The position numbers and the translations under genes are program-made. Shown piece after piece: positions 49,001 to 61,576 of a stretch of 64,000 bases of DNA. The stretch comes from Raja brachyura (taxonomy: Eukaryota): positions 41,168,001 through 41,232,000 of the forward strand of contig OY740800.1 in the NCBI GenBank assembly GCA_963514005.1, in the 5' to 3' direction. Every line of letters starts with the position of its first letter. The first letter of the stretch is position 1. Under the pieces are notes generated by a model that was not told where the DNA came from, did no database searches, and saw only the letters and a program-made list of their open reading frames with translations.

Positions 49001-49816
49001 AAATTCAAAGTCTGTGCAGGATTGTTCAAAGGACTGAGCCAATGTCATCAATGTTAGTGTAAAGAACAAGCTGAATTCAACTGAAGTTAAAATTGTGCAC
49101 AAAATCTATTTTTGTTGTTATGTTACTTCATGTGTATTTTTATATTTCCAACAAAATATATTAGCAAGATATATTTTCCATAGTATCCAGCTGGAATGTT
49201 AAATATTTTTGACTACACAGCAGGATGTTGCAAAGGTTAAAAATGACCCAACCTGTCATTTATATTATAATAAGGACTAAAAGCACTGCAGTATTAATGT
49301 TCTATCGCTTAATGTTTCTGGCACACAGGACAAGATAACGGACTACATGTTTCTCTCTGGTAATGTGAGCCACAGAGGAAAATGTATTTCTATGTTATAT
49401 TTGAAAAGCACACAAAAGGCATTTAAAGATAAAACATCACTACTGCACTGATGTCCTTTCCAGCATAACTCTGGAATCCAATGACACTGGATTCGTGAAT
49501 ATTTAAATAGGAGAGAATATTGACATTAAGAAAGCTGAGGATAATGCTGTTTGCATGGCATTAGCTACTTTACAGGAAGGATTACTTTTAGAAATGATCT
49601 AATTACTTGTCTTCGATGTTGATGCTTCAGTAATTGGTGATCAATGTCCCGATTGGGATACTTCAATTGGGGATCTATCAGCCCATGTACCACAAACCCA
49701 TCGCCAACCCTTCCCAGCCACTTGCTTAAAGTGAGCAGCTAGCTCAAGAACTCTTGCTGGAAATGAACACGTTGAGAATGGAGCAAGGGCTTGATTTGCC
49801 TTATCTTCTTTCTTCG

Positions 49817-49849
<33 letters not shown>

Positions 49850-52044
49850 CCACCCTGCAAAAAAAACCAGCTTCCGTTTCAGGTTTCAATTATCAGTCAT
49901 GTTGCAACAGTCGTACTTCACCAGTTGTAGTTCTCAGGGCTGGACGAGCCATCCATACTAGGCAAGTGTCTTTCCCAATTCTGCTTTGGACATGTTGATC
50001 CAGAAATATAATCTCAGCCTTTCCATAACAGATGTAGCATTTTTAATGTGTTGTTTAATGGGGACTCCATTCTGGTCCTAAATGAGACTATTATGGTGTG
50101 TGTGTGATTTTGTTTTTTTTTTAATTATACATCATTTTTTAAATATGTACATCTGCTCTGGCCCCTCTTACATTGTTGTATTCTACAAAACTCCTCTGTT
50201 TACTTTCCGTGAGTTCTTGTAAACCAATATTATTTTGTGGTTTTGCTCATTGTTGCTATAAAACTACCTTACATCCAAGGATGGAGACTTGGAATAGATG
50301 GCGCAGACAACAGCAGGTTGCATAATGTATGCATCACTGCCTTATGAATGTACAACCACAAACACAAACTCAGTGTCTCACATGAACACTGGCAACAAAA
50401 AAAACCCTATACAACTGTGAGTTGTGAGAAATGTCTTGAAAATATGGCAACATTTAGTTTTGTGTCTTGTTTTCATTTCCGAATACTATTTAAATGTCTG
50501 CGAGCTTCTAATTTGAACCTTTTTTTTGCACTATCAACACTTTTTAACATTGTAAAGGTTTATGTTTTGAGGCCATCCAGAATAATGATTTTTTTTTTAA
50601 CTTTGTGATCTGATGGAGTAAGATTTTAGCCTTGAGTTCTTGAGTTCGTGTGTATAAAATATACTTGAAAACTGTAGAAAACGATTGAATCCAAACAAAC
50701 ACATTTTTTTTTCACACAACAGCCTGACATAGTTACTAATTCACTGCAATATTGTCTGCCTGGAAAGATAACGGCAGTATACTCCATCAAAATGGTGCCA
50801 TTTTACATAGCCTGTCAGGGTATTACATTTTCGACAGGTGCTTATTTAATTTTCCTTAAAAAAAAGGTGTTTCTCTCACTTGTCAGTGTAAAGCCAATCA
50901 GAATTCCACAATGGACAGAACACGTGCAGAATACACACACTCTCCTGACCACTCCTTCATGGTTCCCATTCATAATCCATTGGGTGAACGTCATACGTAA
51001 ACTACATGACCAAACACACAGGCTATTCCTCACATTTGCCTTTGGTTTAATACCATGAGTGTCTTTATAAGAACCTTGGTAGATTTTAAATCTTCCTCTC
51101 TTGCAAAATGAGTTTTCTGATCTGTTAGACCAGCAAACAGAAAATAGCTTTCCCCAAAGAATGGCTCATACTAAAAATGCTTTGAGATGCATACTGAAGC
51201 TCGGTCAAATTTACAAAGAAAACATGTGACTGAAATAAGAGATAAACAAAGTCACAACAACACCTGTGAACCAGAAATAAAGTCTTATTTCATGGTCAAC
51301 GTACACTCTACCCTATCCAAGTGTAGACATGAGATTCCACTTAGTAGCAAGAAAACTTGCAAAACCATGAGAATCTCCGATTTATTGGTATTGTCATTAA
51401 ATTCATCCATATTCATTAAAAGAGAGGTTAAAATCTCGGTAGTCTTCTTAATCATCGTTCAGTATGAAGTCGGCTGTTTTGGGGAACATTGTTATATGAA
51501 ACATGTATTGTAACGGTTGCCTTCATTGGAAATAAAATCATGTTGTGATATATACTTCAACACAAAATCAGAGGTGGGTTGGTAGATAGATTACACCTTA
51601 ACGTATGCTATGATTCTCAGGTCAGTGGAGATGAACATTTGACAGATCTCCAGGTGTTAAAAGCACAGATGTCATCTTAAGGTAGACCAAAAATCTATCT
51701 TTAAATGGCATCTTTTCAGGCTTCAATAGTTTCTATGCTGGAACTGAATTTGACCTGATCTTAAGTCACTTAAGTGGAAGAGTCAAACGCTGCCTTGCAT
51801 TTGAACTCTGCTTTGGTCAACTCTGTCCAAACTCTCAGAGAATTTGTTTTCGTATGTGATAACCTCAAGGCCAAAATTTAATCGCATTATTTCCCATTCC
51901 CTTCTACATTGCAGAAATCAATCTGCGGTCATTTTCTGTTCCAACAGAGAATACCTGAAGTCTGAACTATAATTACATAAGTTGATTTTTTTTTAAATAT
52001 AACATTATTTGTTCCATGCCTATTTTGTGCCTTTTTGCAATGTC

Positions 52045-52050
52045 AATAAA
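52045..52050 (+). terminator. Possible proximal polyadenylation signal AATAAA
   Basis: Canonical hexamer after a U-rich stretch. The downstream element is weaker than at 52820. Confidence 0.35.
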
Positions 52051-52819
52051 GTCATGAGTTTAAATTTGCATGTGCTAACTACCTGACAAGCAGCTATTTG
52101 TTTAACTATTCTTAAAAAGAAATCTTCAAAAGAAAATACTATTCTTCAAAAGAATTGTATAATACACATCGTCTAAAAGTGCAAAGAAGTTGATGGTACA
52201 TACTGTCCTGGTTGGGCAGATGTCAAAGAAATTCTTACACTTCCATATTCTTCATGCTCAGCTTCATAAAATATTCATCTTCCTCACTGAAGTTTGTAAT
52301 TTGAAATGTACAGTAACTATTTGGTTGGTTGGTAGAATTTAGGAATGGTATTAGTGGATTGAACCTTTGAATTTAGTGTGTTTGATTCTGGTGTGTATAC
52401 AACTGTTGGATTTCTTCCCCTTGGTTTACAAAACATGTAATGGACGTATTACTTTGTACAAAAAAAAATGAAATGAATTCCTATATTACTGTGTATATTG
52501 TTTATGAGACAATCTAAGATTCCCAGCTTTGAAATTGGCTCCTTTTTTGTGTGACCTAGTTTGAAATTAATCCTATCGCAGGGTGAAAAGCAAAAATCAG
52601 CTGAGAACCCTTTGATCGATTTGGAAACGCAAATCTGGAGCAAAAGCTGTCTCCTTTATTGAGTGGATGTGGGTCAAATGTCTAGGCTGCCCATTTCTGC
52701 CCTTGCGACGGTGAAAAGGCTACTGAAAAGCTTCAGAGATGAAAAACAAAAGCAATTTATCTGTTTTTAAATTATTTCTTAAAAAGCAACATAAAACAGT
52801 GTAATGTATAATTGTTTCC

Positions 52820-52825
52820 AATAAA
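52820..52825 (+). terminator. Distal polyadenylation signal AATAAA
   Basis: Upstream TGTA motifs (gtgtaatgtata) and a downstream GT/T-rich element (gtttgtttcttgtg...tgtctttatgtgcgtctg). It lies near the end of the repeat-free zone. Confidence 0.65.
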
Positions 52826-53317
52826 GAGGAGACAGTTTGTTTCTTGTGATCCTGTCTTTATGTGCGTCTGATGGCTTATTTAAGAGGTGCCGTGTGAGTT
52901 GCACTTTTAATCGTCAGAATTCAATATCATAAAAGAAAAGCACCACCACAGCGATCTGTCGCTGCAAGGCAAGAAGAACGTTCATAATTCAAGTGAACCC
53001 AGATGATTTCTCAAACTAATAAATACATAGGCTGTTTGCCTAAATTCACAGATTACGGTTATATTATGCCGGTATTTACCAAGTTTTGAATTTGAACTTC
53101 AACACTGTGGAATGTGCTGCCGAAGATTTGTGTTAAGTTGCACCTTATAAGGTATTAAAAAATACAATGAATAACTGTGAAATTTAGTAAGATTAAAAAC
53201 AATTTTACACAACAGAATCTGATGACGAGCAGTTCATCTGGTGTTGTTTGAAGGAGAAATATGAATGAATGTTTTGAATTAAAACTTTGTAACATGACAA
53301 GCCACAGTGAAACCAAA

Positions 53318-53757
53318 CCGGCAGTAGGGGCCGCGCGGAGGTCGGGTGAGCGGCGCAACGCGATGCAAAATGAGGCGAACTTGGAGCGAAGTCTAAGGTA
53401 AGTTCGCCAGGACAGAGAGGGGCACACAGAGAGGGGCACAGAGGCACACACACACAGAGGGCCACGGAGCCACACACACACAGGGTCACGGAGGCACCTA
53501 CAGATAGGTTCACAGAGGCACGATGTCGGGGCGGTGTGTAAACGTCGAGGCGACTGCGAGCCGACAAGCCGTTGCCGCGCGGAATTTTTGAACATGGTCA
53601 GTTTTTCGGAGCCCGGCGCGATGTCGGGACGAACTCCGCACAATTCCGCACGGCTCCGGCGATCGAAGTGGGACCGGCCCCGCGACGCCGGACGGCTCAA
53701 GCGACCACGTTAGGTCGCGCTCATCGCATGGAGTTGCATGCTGGTGGGACAGGCCCT
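53318..53757 (-). mobile_element. Truncated Harbinger-type MITE (inverted relative to 31853-32426)
   Basis: Reverse-complement similarity to 31853-32290. One TIR, gctggtgggacaggccct|tta. Confidence 0.85.
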
Positions 53758-55736
53758 TTACCAAGTTACAAAGTATCCCTGCCAGGTCCCCCTTTTGTTC
53801 TCCCCCCCCCCCCTCACAGCAGTCCCCGCCCGCCGGGTCCTCATGGTTCATTGAACTCCCCCCTCCCTCACGGCGGTCTCCCCACGCCAGGTCCCTGTTG
53901 TTCATCTGACTAGGAAGGTGGGAAACTGATTTAATCATCGCAGCTAGTGCAGTGACACCGTGCTATCCGTCTATCACTATGCTACCTACAGTATCTATCA
54001 TCATACCATTTATCTATCAAAGCCACTGCAGCGAACGATGGTTTAATTTCTCAGGTGAATGAACAAGTGTGAATGAAAGACTCGTAATTCAGCAGTCTTT
54101 GAATTATGGCCTGTGTTACAATCCCAGTTCTCAAACTCAAAGCCCAACTACGTGATTCATCGTTGAACTGACAGGTAAGACTGCTTTCCACTAATAAAAA
54201 CAGAGGCGGGGATATATTAGAAACATAGACAATAGGTGTAGGAGTAGGCCATTTGGCCCTTCGAGCCAGCACCACCATTCAATATGATATTGTCTGATCA
54301 TCCAGAATCAGTACCCCGTTCTTGCTTTCTCTCCATATCCCTTGATTCCGTTAGCCCTAAAAACTATATCTAACTCTCTCTCTTAAATACAGATATTTAT
54401 CAGGCTTGCATCGGCGAATAGTTGTGTTCCACTTTGATTAACTTTCATCAAGGGTCATTGCCTGAAGTACCAGCTCTGTCATAGGATCAGGGCAGGATAG
54501 GTTCAGCCCTCGTCTGTCGTGGGACTCTTCTGCATGCACACACTCATGCAATGTTTGAAGGAGCCGATATTAATTAGTGTTGTGGTCCTAACTCAACGAA
54601 ACACCAGTGAAGGGACGTGCCCACTTAATAATGCCAATGATATACTTGCATCTACACGATCAGTTCATATCTGCTTGATAACATGTAGGTAGCTTATTAT
54701 TGCATTTAGAGTTTGTTATTGTCCTTCGCATAAGTTTGTATCGTCTGTTTAGATACTACTTTGGCTTTGAGCTTGGTCTTCTTGGTCGAGAGCTTATCCT
54801 GGTGTTAGAGCACAAGTAAAGTCATGAGTGATAGGAGTAGCATTAGGCCATTCAGCCCATCAAGTCCACCCCGCTATTCAATGATATCTATCTCTCCCTC
54901 CTAACCCCATTCTCCTGCCTTCTCCCCATAACCCCTGACACCCGTACCAATTGAGAATCTATCTGTCTCTGCCTTAAAAATATCCACTGACTTGGCCTCC
55001 ACAGCCTTCTGTGGCAAAGAATTCCACTGATTCACCAGCCAAAGTGTTTTGTGTTTTAATTGTACTTTGTATGGTGGGGAATCAGTATCATTCTCGGTGG
55101 GATGGAGAAGCTGAAAATATATATTTTGAAGTGTTAGCTATTTGATAATGTTTGTTTTAGTAGAATATTATTGAATTGCTGAAGGCTTCAAAGGCTTTGT
55201 CTTAGAAAAATGCATAATGCACATTTAATATAATATTATACATATATTACATCTGTATAATATATAATACATGTATAATATGTGTTATACACATTATATA
55301 TACTCATTATATAGAATAAAGTCACCTGTTACATGATAAATATAATGCTAGTTTTCCTCTGATAAACCATGGTTTAATGTTAACCTGACTAAGCTTTATT
55401 TTCTTAGGTCTTTTTAAACAAAGTTATCACTCAAAACTTTCTGGAATTCTCTTGGACCATCTCTGACACCTTCCTCCCCTTTCTTGATCTCACTGTAATA
55501 GTCATGAGTTTAGTTTATTGTCACGTGTACCGAGGTACAGTGAAAAGCTTTTGTTGCGTGCTATCCAGTCAGCGGAAAGACAATCCATGTTTGCAATCGA
55601 GCCGTTTACAGCGTATACATACATGATGAGGGAATAATGCTTAGTGCAAGGTAAAGCCAGCAATGTTCGATCAAGGATGGTCCAAGGGTCACCAGTGAGG
55701 TGGATAGCAGTTCAGGATTGGGTTGGTAATACTGTG

Positions 55737-55903
55737 TGTAGGAACGAACTGCAGATGCTGGTTTAAATCGAAGATAGACACAAAATGCTGGAGTAACTCA
55801 GCGGGACAGGCAGCATCTCTGGACAGAAGGAATGGGTGACGTTTCGGGTCGAGTCTGAAGAAGGGTCTCGACACGAAACGTCACCCATTCCTTCTCTCCA
55901 GAG
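55737..55903. mobile_element. Inverted pair of Penelope-type terminal repeats
   Basis: agaaggaatgggtgacgtttcgggtcgag is mirrored by ctcgacacgaaacgtcacccattccttct. Confidence 0.75.
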
Positions 55904-56344
55904 GTAATACTGTGGTTTTCTGTCTGTTGTGCTTTGCCTGAAAAACCAACAATGACATATCCACTCGGAAATGCTCCAGCAACTTCCAGGAATGGGAGCA
56001 TCCACCCAAATGAGTTTCATTAATGTTCCCACTTGTGACGACATATTCATTTCATACTGGTGCGGCTCGGTTTAAGTTGAATCTTGCCAAACTCCAAGAT
56101 GTCAGCCAGCCTTGATAACAACATGCAAAACTATGCAACGTGGCTTCAAAAGTATGTTGTTTGATCACACACTCACACAACTCCCAAACAATGTACTGCT
56201 GACTCCCTTAATCGCAAATTCTGTGACTACTCTGTGGCTCAATCCTTATCTTTCTGAATGCTGTTTTTATGTTTCCCAATATATAAACCCTATACCATCC
56301 ACACTTATTCCTACTGGTAGATCACAGTATTTCCCCATTACATT

Positions 56345-56634
56345 CCGTTTAGTTCCATTTAGAGATACAGCGTGTAACAGGCCCACCGAGTCCGTGCCGA
56401 CCAGCGATCACCCCGTACACTAGCACTATCCTACACACTAGGGGCAATTTGCAATTTTTTTAAAGCCAGACCTGTACGTCTTTGCCGTGTGGGAGTAAAC
56501 CAGAGCACCCGGAGAAAACCCACAAGGAGATCACGGAGATCATACAAACTCCGTACAGAGAGCTCCCGTAGTCAGGATCGAACCAGGGTCTCTGACGCTG
56601 TGAGGCAGCAACTCTACCGCTGCACCACCGTGCC
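56345..56634 (-). mobile_element. HE1 SINE
   Basis: Similarity to the other copies. Confidence 0.88.
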
Positions 56635-57164
56635 ACCTAAAATTGCTGCTCTAACATTAAATGGAGTATCAACGTAGCCAGACAGACCCTCCACTAGCTT
56701 CTGATTATTTTGTTCTGTCAACAGCAATTTCCGTCAATGTCTATGTTCACGAGTGGCATTACAGAAATGAAAATATAACATCCATGTTATAATGCTCGAT
56801 AGCTGTCATTAAGGGATTTTTACTCTATCGGGAACTGGTGGAAAGAACTCGGCTATTGTTACACAAAGGTGAGTTCCAAGTCTTTTGTATTCATGAGTAA
56901 CGATTAGTTTACACAGCGCTGAAACAAAGGCAATGACTCACCAGTGATCATCCAATTACTGCTGAGGTGAAAGGGAGGGAAGGTTGCAATGATATGTACC
57001 ACCATAAAGTTATACAGCACAGTGTCATTCAGCCCAACTTGCCCATGCCGACCAAAATGCCCATCTATGCTAGTCCCACCTGCCAGCATGTACATATATC
57101 TGAAGAAGGTTTCCGACCCAAATAATCACCTGTTCCTTTTCTCCAGTGATGCTGACCAGCTGAT

Positions 57165-57530
57165 TATCCACAATCAGTACCCCGTTCCTGCCTTCTCCCC
57201 ATATCCCCAGACTCCGCTATCTTTAAGAGCCCTATCTAACTCTCTCTTGAAAATATCCAGAGAACCGGCCTCCACCGCCCACACGGTTGATCTATCTCTC
57301 CCTCCTAACCCCATTCTCCTGCCTTGTCCCCATAACCTGTGACACCCGTACTAATCAAGAATCTATCTATCTCTGCCTTAAAAATATCCATTAACTTGGC
57401 CTCCACAGCCTTCTGTGGAAAAGAGTTCCACAGATTCACCACCCTCTGACTACAGAAATTCTTAATCTCCTTCTTAAAGGAACATCCTTTAATTATAAGG
57501 CTACGTCCTCTGGTCCTATACTCTCCCACC
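57165..57530 (-). mobile_element. CR1-type LINE 3' fragments
   Basis: ORF 57305-57532, VGEYRTRGRSLIIKG...QRVVNLWNSFPQKAVEA. Confidence 0.85.
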
Positions 57531-58157
57531 ATTTGTTGAAATGCACAAATGCTTCAAAATAAAGGTAGTTCTGCTGCAATGCTGAATTGGTTATAACCCG
57601 ATTTTGAAGAAGAGAATCACTTAAGTTATTTTGAAAATTGACAAGCAGAGAAAAGGTGTCATTGGACAAAGTCTAGATTTTAAAAAAACTTTCATGTAAC
57701 CTCCCTGAAGTAATCAGACACCTTTGTCTCTTAGTTTCACTAGTTTCACCATGGATGGCCATTGAAATTGATGAAGCCATCACTTCAATTGCTACCTGTG
57801 CAATGACCAAACAATGTAACATTGCGAATCAAGGGACTGTGGATGCTGGTGTACACAAGAAGGCACGCAGTGCTGGATTAACTCAGCGGGTCAGGCAGCA
57901 TTTCTGGAGAATATAGATTAGTGACGTTTTGGGTCAGGGTAGAAGATGGCCCAAAATGTCACATCTCCATATTCTCCACAGAAGTTGACATTGGGTATTT
58001 TTAAAGAAAGATTGATAGGATCTTGATTAATGAGGGCGTCAAAGGTTATGGGGGCAGGCAGAAGAATAGGGTTAAGAGGGGAAAAATAGATGAGCCATGA
58101 TCAATTGAAGGATTTTTTCTTCAGAAGGCTCAAATCCTTCAATGTGCGTAATGATAT

Positions 58158-58347
58158 GCCGTTGCCGCGCTGAATTTTTGAACATAGTCAGTTTTTCGGA
58201 GCCCCGCGCGGTGTCGGGACGAACTCCGCACAATTCCGCACGGCTCCGGCGATCGAAGTGGAACTGGCCCCGCGACGCCGGACGGCTCAAGCGGCCACGT
58301 TAGGTCGTGCTCATCGCATAGAGTTGCATGCTGGTGGGACAGGCACT
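58158..58347 (-). mobile_element. Truncated Harbinger-type MITE
   Basis: Near-identical to 53568-53757. Confidence 0.8.
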
Positions 58348-58349
58348 TT

Positions 58350-58816
58350 AGTGCAAAAAACACCAAGAAGCTGGACAAACTGGTTAAACAAGCTAGCTCA
58401 GTGCTGGAGGGGAGAGTGGACTCTGGGATGGATGTGCTTGAGAGGCGTATGAGGCACAAAGTGCAGGTCATCCTGAAAAACCCTGGGCATCCCCTCCATG
58501 TCATTCTGGAGAGTCAAAAGAGCACTTGGAACAACAACGGGCTCCTCTCCCTGCCCTGTAGAACGGAGCGGTTCAGGAGATCCTTCACCCCGGCAGCCAT
58601 TAGATTTTAGGCTGTAGCGGGATGCATTTTTGCAATTTTTAGTTTTTAATTATTGGTCTTTTTAAGTATTTATTGCTCTCAGGTAGTGTCCACAGTGTAT
58701 TTTATGTATTTTCTGTCTGTGTTCATTTTGAATGTGTGGGTTTGTTGGTTGGGGGCTTCTGGACATCTGAATTTCCCCGAGGGGATCAATAAAGTGTTTA
58801 TTATTATTATTATTAT
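58350..58816 (+). mobile_element. Rex1/Babar-like LINE 3' fragment with (TTA)n tail
   Basis: KLDKLVKQASSVL...ILKNPGHPLH...RTERFRRSFTPAAIRF*, followed by aataaa and (tta)n. Confidence 0.8.
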
Positions 58817-59398
58817 CAAATAGCGGAGCAGACTCGATGGGCCGAAAGGCCTCATGAACTTATGAATGTATACGTTTATCAGCTGAGTCAGGGGATATGG
58901 TGAGAAGGCAAGAACGGGGTACTGATTGGGGATAATCAGCCATGATCACATTGAATGGCGGTGCTGGCTCGATCAAAGGGCTGAATGGTCTACTTCTGCA
59001 CCTATTGTCTATTGTCAACTACCAATAACCATGCCTGAATAAAGATTTCAAAAGCTTATCTATTGTCATTCATCTGCATTTTCTTAATGTAAACTATCTT
59101 CAATCTCACCTGGTGGAACAGCCTATACCTTTGCAGCCATTACCCTCTATGAAAGTTCTACACCTGGTTTCCAGAAGCATGGCTTTAAGATGAGAGAGGG
59201 GAAGTTTAAAAGAGATGCGCAGGACTACTTTGTGTGATGGATGCCAAGAATGTACTGCTAGGGTTGGATTAGTTTTAGTTTAGAGGCACAGCATAGAAAC
59301 AGGCCCTTCAACCCATCGACTCCACGCCAACCATTGATCACTAGTTCTATCTCACATCTCCACTAAGCTCGAATTACAAAGGCCATTTAACCTACAGA

Positions 59399-59545
59399 AC
59401 AGGTTCTAGACTGAAGTCTGAAGAAGGGTTTCGGCCCGAAACGTTGCCTATTTCCTTCGCTCCATAGATGCTGCTGCACCCGCTCAGTGTCTCCAGCATT
59501 TTTGTCTACCTTCGATTTTCCAGCATCTGCAGTTCCTTCTTAAAC
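59399..59545 (+). mobile_element. Short Penelope-type terminal fragment with 10-bp TSD, inserted in an HE1-like SINE
   Basis: aacctacaga at 59389-59398 and 59546-59555. The 3' end (gcagttccttcttaaac) is the same as in the 43565-44601 element. Confidence 0.8.
59418..59445 (+). ncRNA. Minimal hammerhead ribozyme motif (GUU cleavage triplet variant)
   Basis: CUGAAGA-A-GGGU(UUCG)GCCC-GAAA-CGUU. Confidence 0.7.
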
Positions 59546-61522
59546 AACCTACAGAGCAGCACGTCTTTGGGATGTGGGAAGAAACCCCTGGGGCCCAAAG
59601 GAAACCCTCCTGTGGCCATGGGAAGAACGTGCAAACTCCGCACAGACAGCACCTGAGGTCAGGATTGAACTGGGTCGCTAGGTGTTTAAGAGACTTTTAG
59701 ATAGTCACATTGATATGCAGGGAACTGAGGGACATGGATCATGTGCAGGGAGACATTAGCTTATCTTGGCATCATATTCAGCACAGACATTGTGAGTCAA
59801 AGGTCCTGTCCCTATGCTGTACTTTTTTATCTTCTATTTGGACTTTGGAACAGTTAGCACTACCAAGTATTTTATAGTTTATTCCTCCAGAACTGCATAA
59901 ATGTACAGTATTACTGGGAATGCCTGTATGAGGACAGTAGCAAAGGATACCAAACTGGCAGACAAAGGTCAGGACAGGTAAAAGTTGAAACCCACCAAGC
60001 AGGTGAGGGAATTTAAATTCAAGTAACTAGCAAAAATTAAATAAAAAGCTAGTGTAATTTGTTTTCATTTTTGAAGGGCTAGCAGGTGGAGGAGGTAACC
60101 TGGAGAACAGAAAGGGGCTACCTGAGCGTGCGGGCAGGCTTACCTGGGCAAAGGAGCGGGGTCACCCGGAGTAGGATGCGGGTTCACCTGGTGGAGGGAG
60201 CAGTTCTACCTGGGTGATGGGTGGGGCTACCTGAGGAAAGGGGGGGGTTCACCTGGTGGAGACGACAGAGCTGCCTGAGTGGCTGGGAGGGGCTCCAGCT
60301 GGAGGGTGCAGGTTTACCTAAGCCGGTGGGCGGAGTTACCCGAGTGATGGGATGGGTCTACCTGGTGTAGGAGGCGGGGTTACCTGAGCAAAGGGGTGGG
60401 GTTACCTGAGTGAAGGGGTGGAGTAACCTGAGTGTAGGAGTGGGGTTACCCGAGGAAAGATGGTGGGTTACCTGGTGGAGATGGGTGGAGCCACCTGTGC
60501 AGGTGGGGGGGGGGTTACCTGGTGGAGGGGTGAGGTTATCTGTAGGGGTGGAGTTACCTGAGTGAATAGGTGGGGTTACCTGAGTGAAGGGAGTTGGGTT
60601 ACCTGAGCCAAGGGGAGGAGCTGCCTCAGTGGGTGGGTGGGGCCACCTGAGTGAAGGATCAGGGTTACCTGGTGGAGGTTATCTGAGTGTATGGCAGAGA
60701 GTAGCTGGTGCAGGGGTTACCTGGCGGAGAGGGCAGGGTTACCTGAGCGAAGCATTGGGGTTACCTGAGTACAGGGGGGCTATCAGGTGGAGAGGGGCGG
60801 GGCTACCAAAGCAGGTTGGGGGTAACCTGGTGGAAGGGGTGGAGTTACCTCAGTGAACGGGTGGGGTTACCTGACCAGGTGGGGCATAATTACCTGGTTG
60901 TAGGGACAATTAACTGGTGTAGGGGTTCAGTTATCTGTAGTGGTGGACTTACCTGAATGAAGGGGTAGAGTTACCTGAGTGAAGGGGAGGGGCTCCTGGC
61001 AGAAGGGATGGGGCTACCTGAGCAGATGGTGGTTACCTGGTGGAAGGGATGGAGTTCGCTGGTGGGGTGGAGTTATCTGAAGGGGTGGGTGGGGTTTCCT
61101 GGTGAAGGGGCAGGACTACCTGAATGAAGAGGGTAAGGATACCTGAGCGATTGGGAGGAGTTACCTGAGTGCGGTGGGGTTACCTGAGTGAAGAGGGCGG
61201 GGTTACCTGGTGTAGGGAATGTTGTTTACCTGAAGAGGGCAGGGTTACCTGAGTGAAGGGGGCAGGGTAACCTGGTGTAGCGGCTGGCATCTGCGTGAAG
61301 GGGGTGGGGTTATCTGAGTGAAGTGGGTGGGGTTATCTGGTGTAGGGGTTACCTGGTGTAGGGGGTGGGGTTACCTGAGTGAAGGGGGTGGGGTACCTGA
61401 GAGTAGGGGGGTTACCTGAGTGAAGAGACCAGGGTTACCTGAGTGAAGAGGGTGGGGTTACCTGAGAGAAGAGGGTGGGGTTACCTGAGTGAGGAGGGTG
61501 GGGTTACCTGAGTGAGGAGGGT

Positions 61523-61576
61523 GGGGTGGGAGATTGCAACCTTCACGTGGTCTGCCCTGTTTCAATGAATGCAATC
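61523..61576 (+). ncRNA. HDV/CPEB3-like ribozyme fold (this copy has U at the catalytic C position)
   Basis: P1 GGGGUGG/CUGCCCU with G1-U wobble, P2 GAUUGCA/UGCAAUC, P3 ACC/GGU, L3 UUCACGU, minimal P4 and J4/2 UGAA. Confidence 0.75.

Larger units (their letters stand above)
46026..52850 (+). other. BICD1: BICD1 long 3' UTR (putative)
   Basis: About 7 kb of AT-rich sequence with no recognisable SINE, LINE or MITE, unlike the rest of the window. It follows the stop codon and ends at a strong poly(A) signal. Confidence 0.7.
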
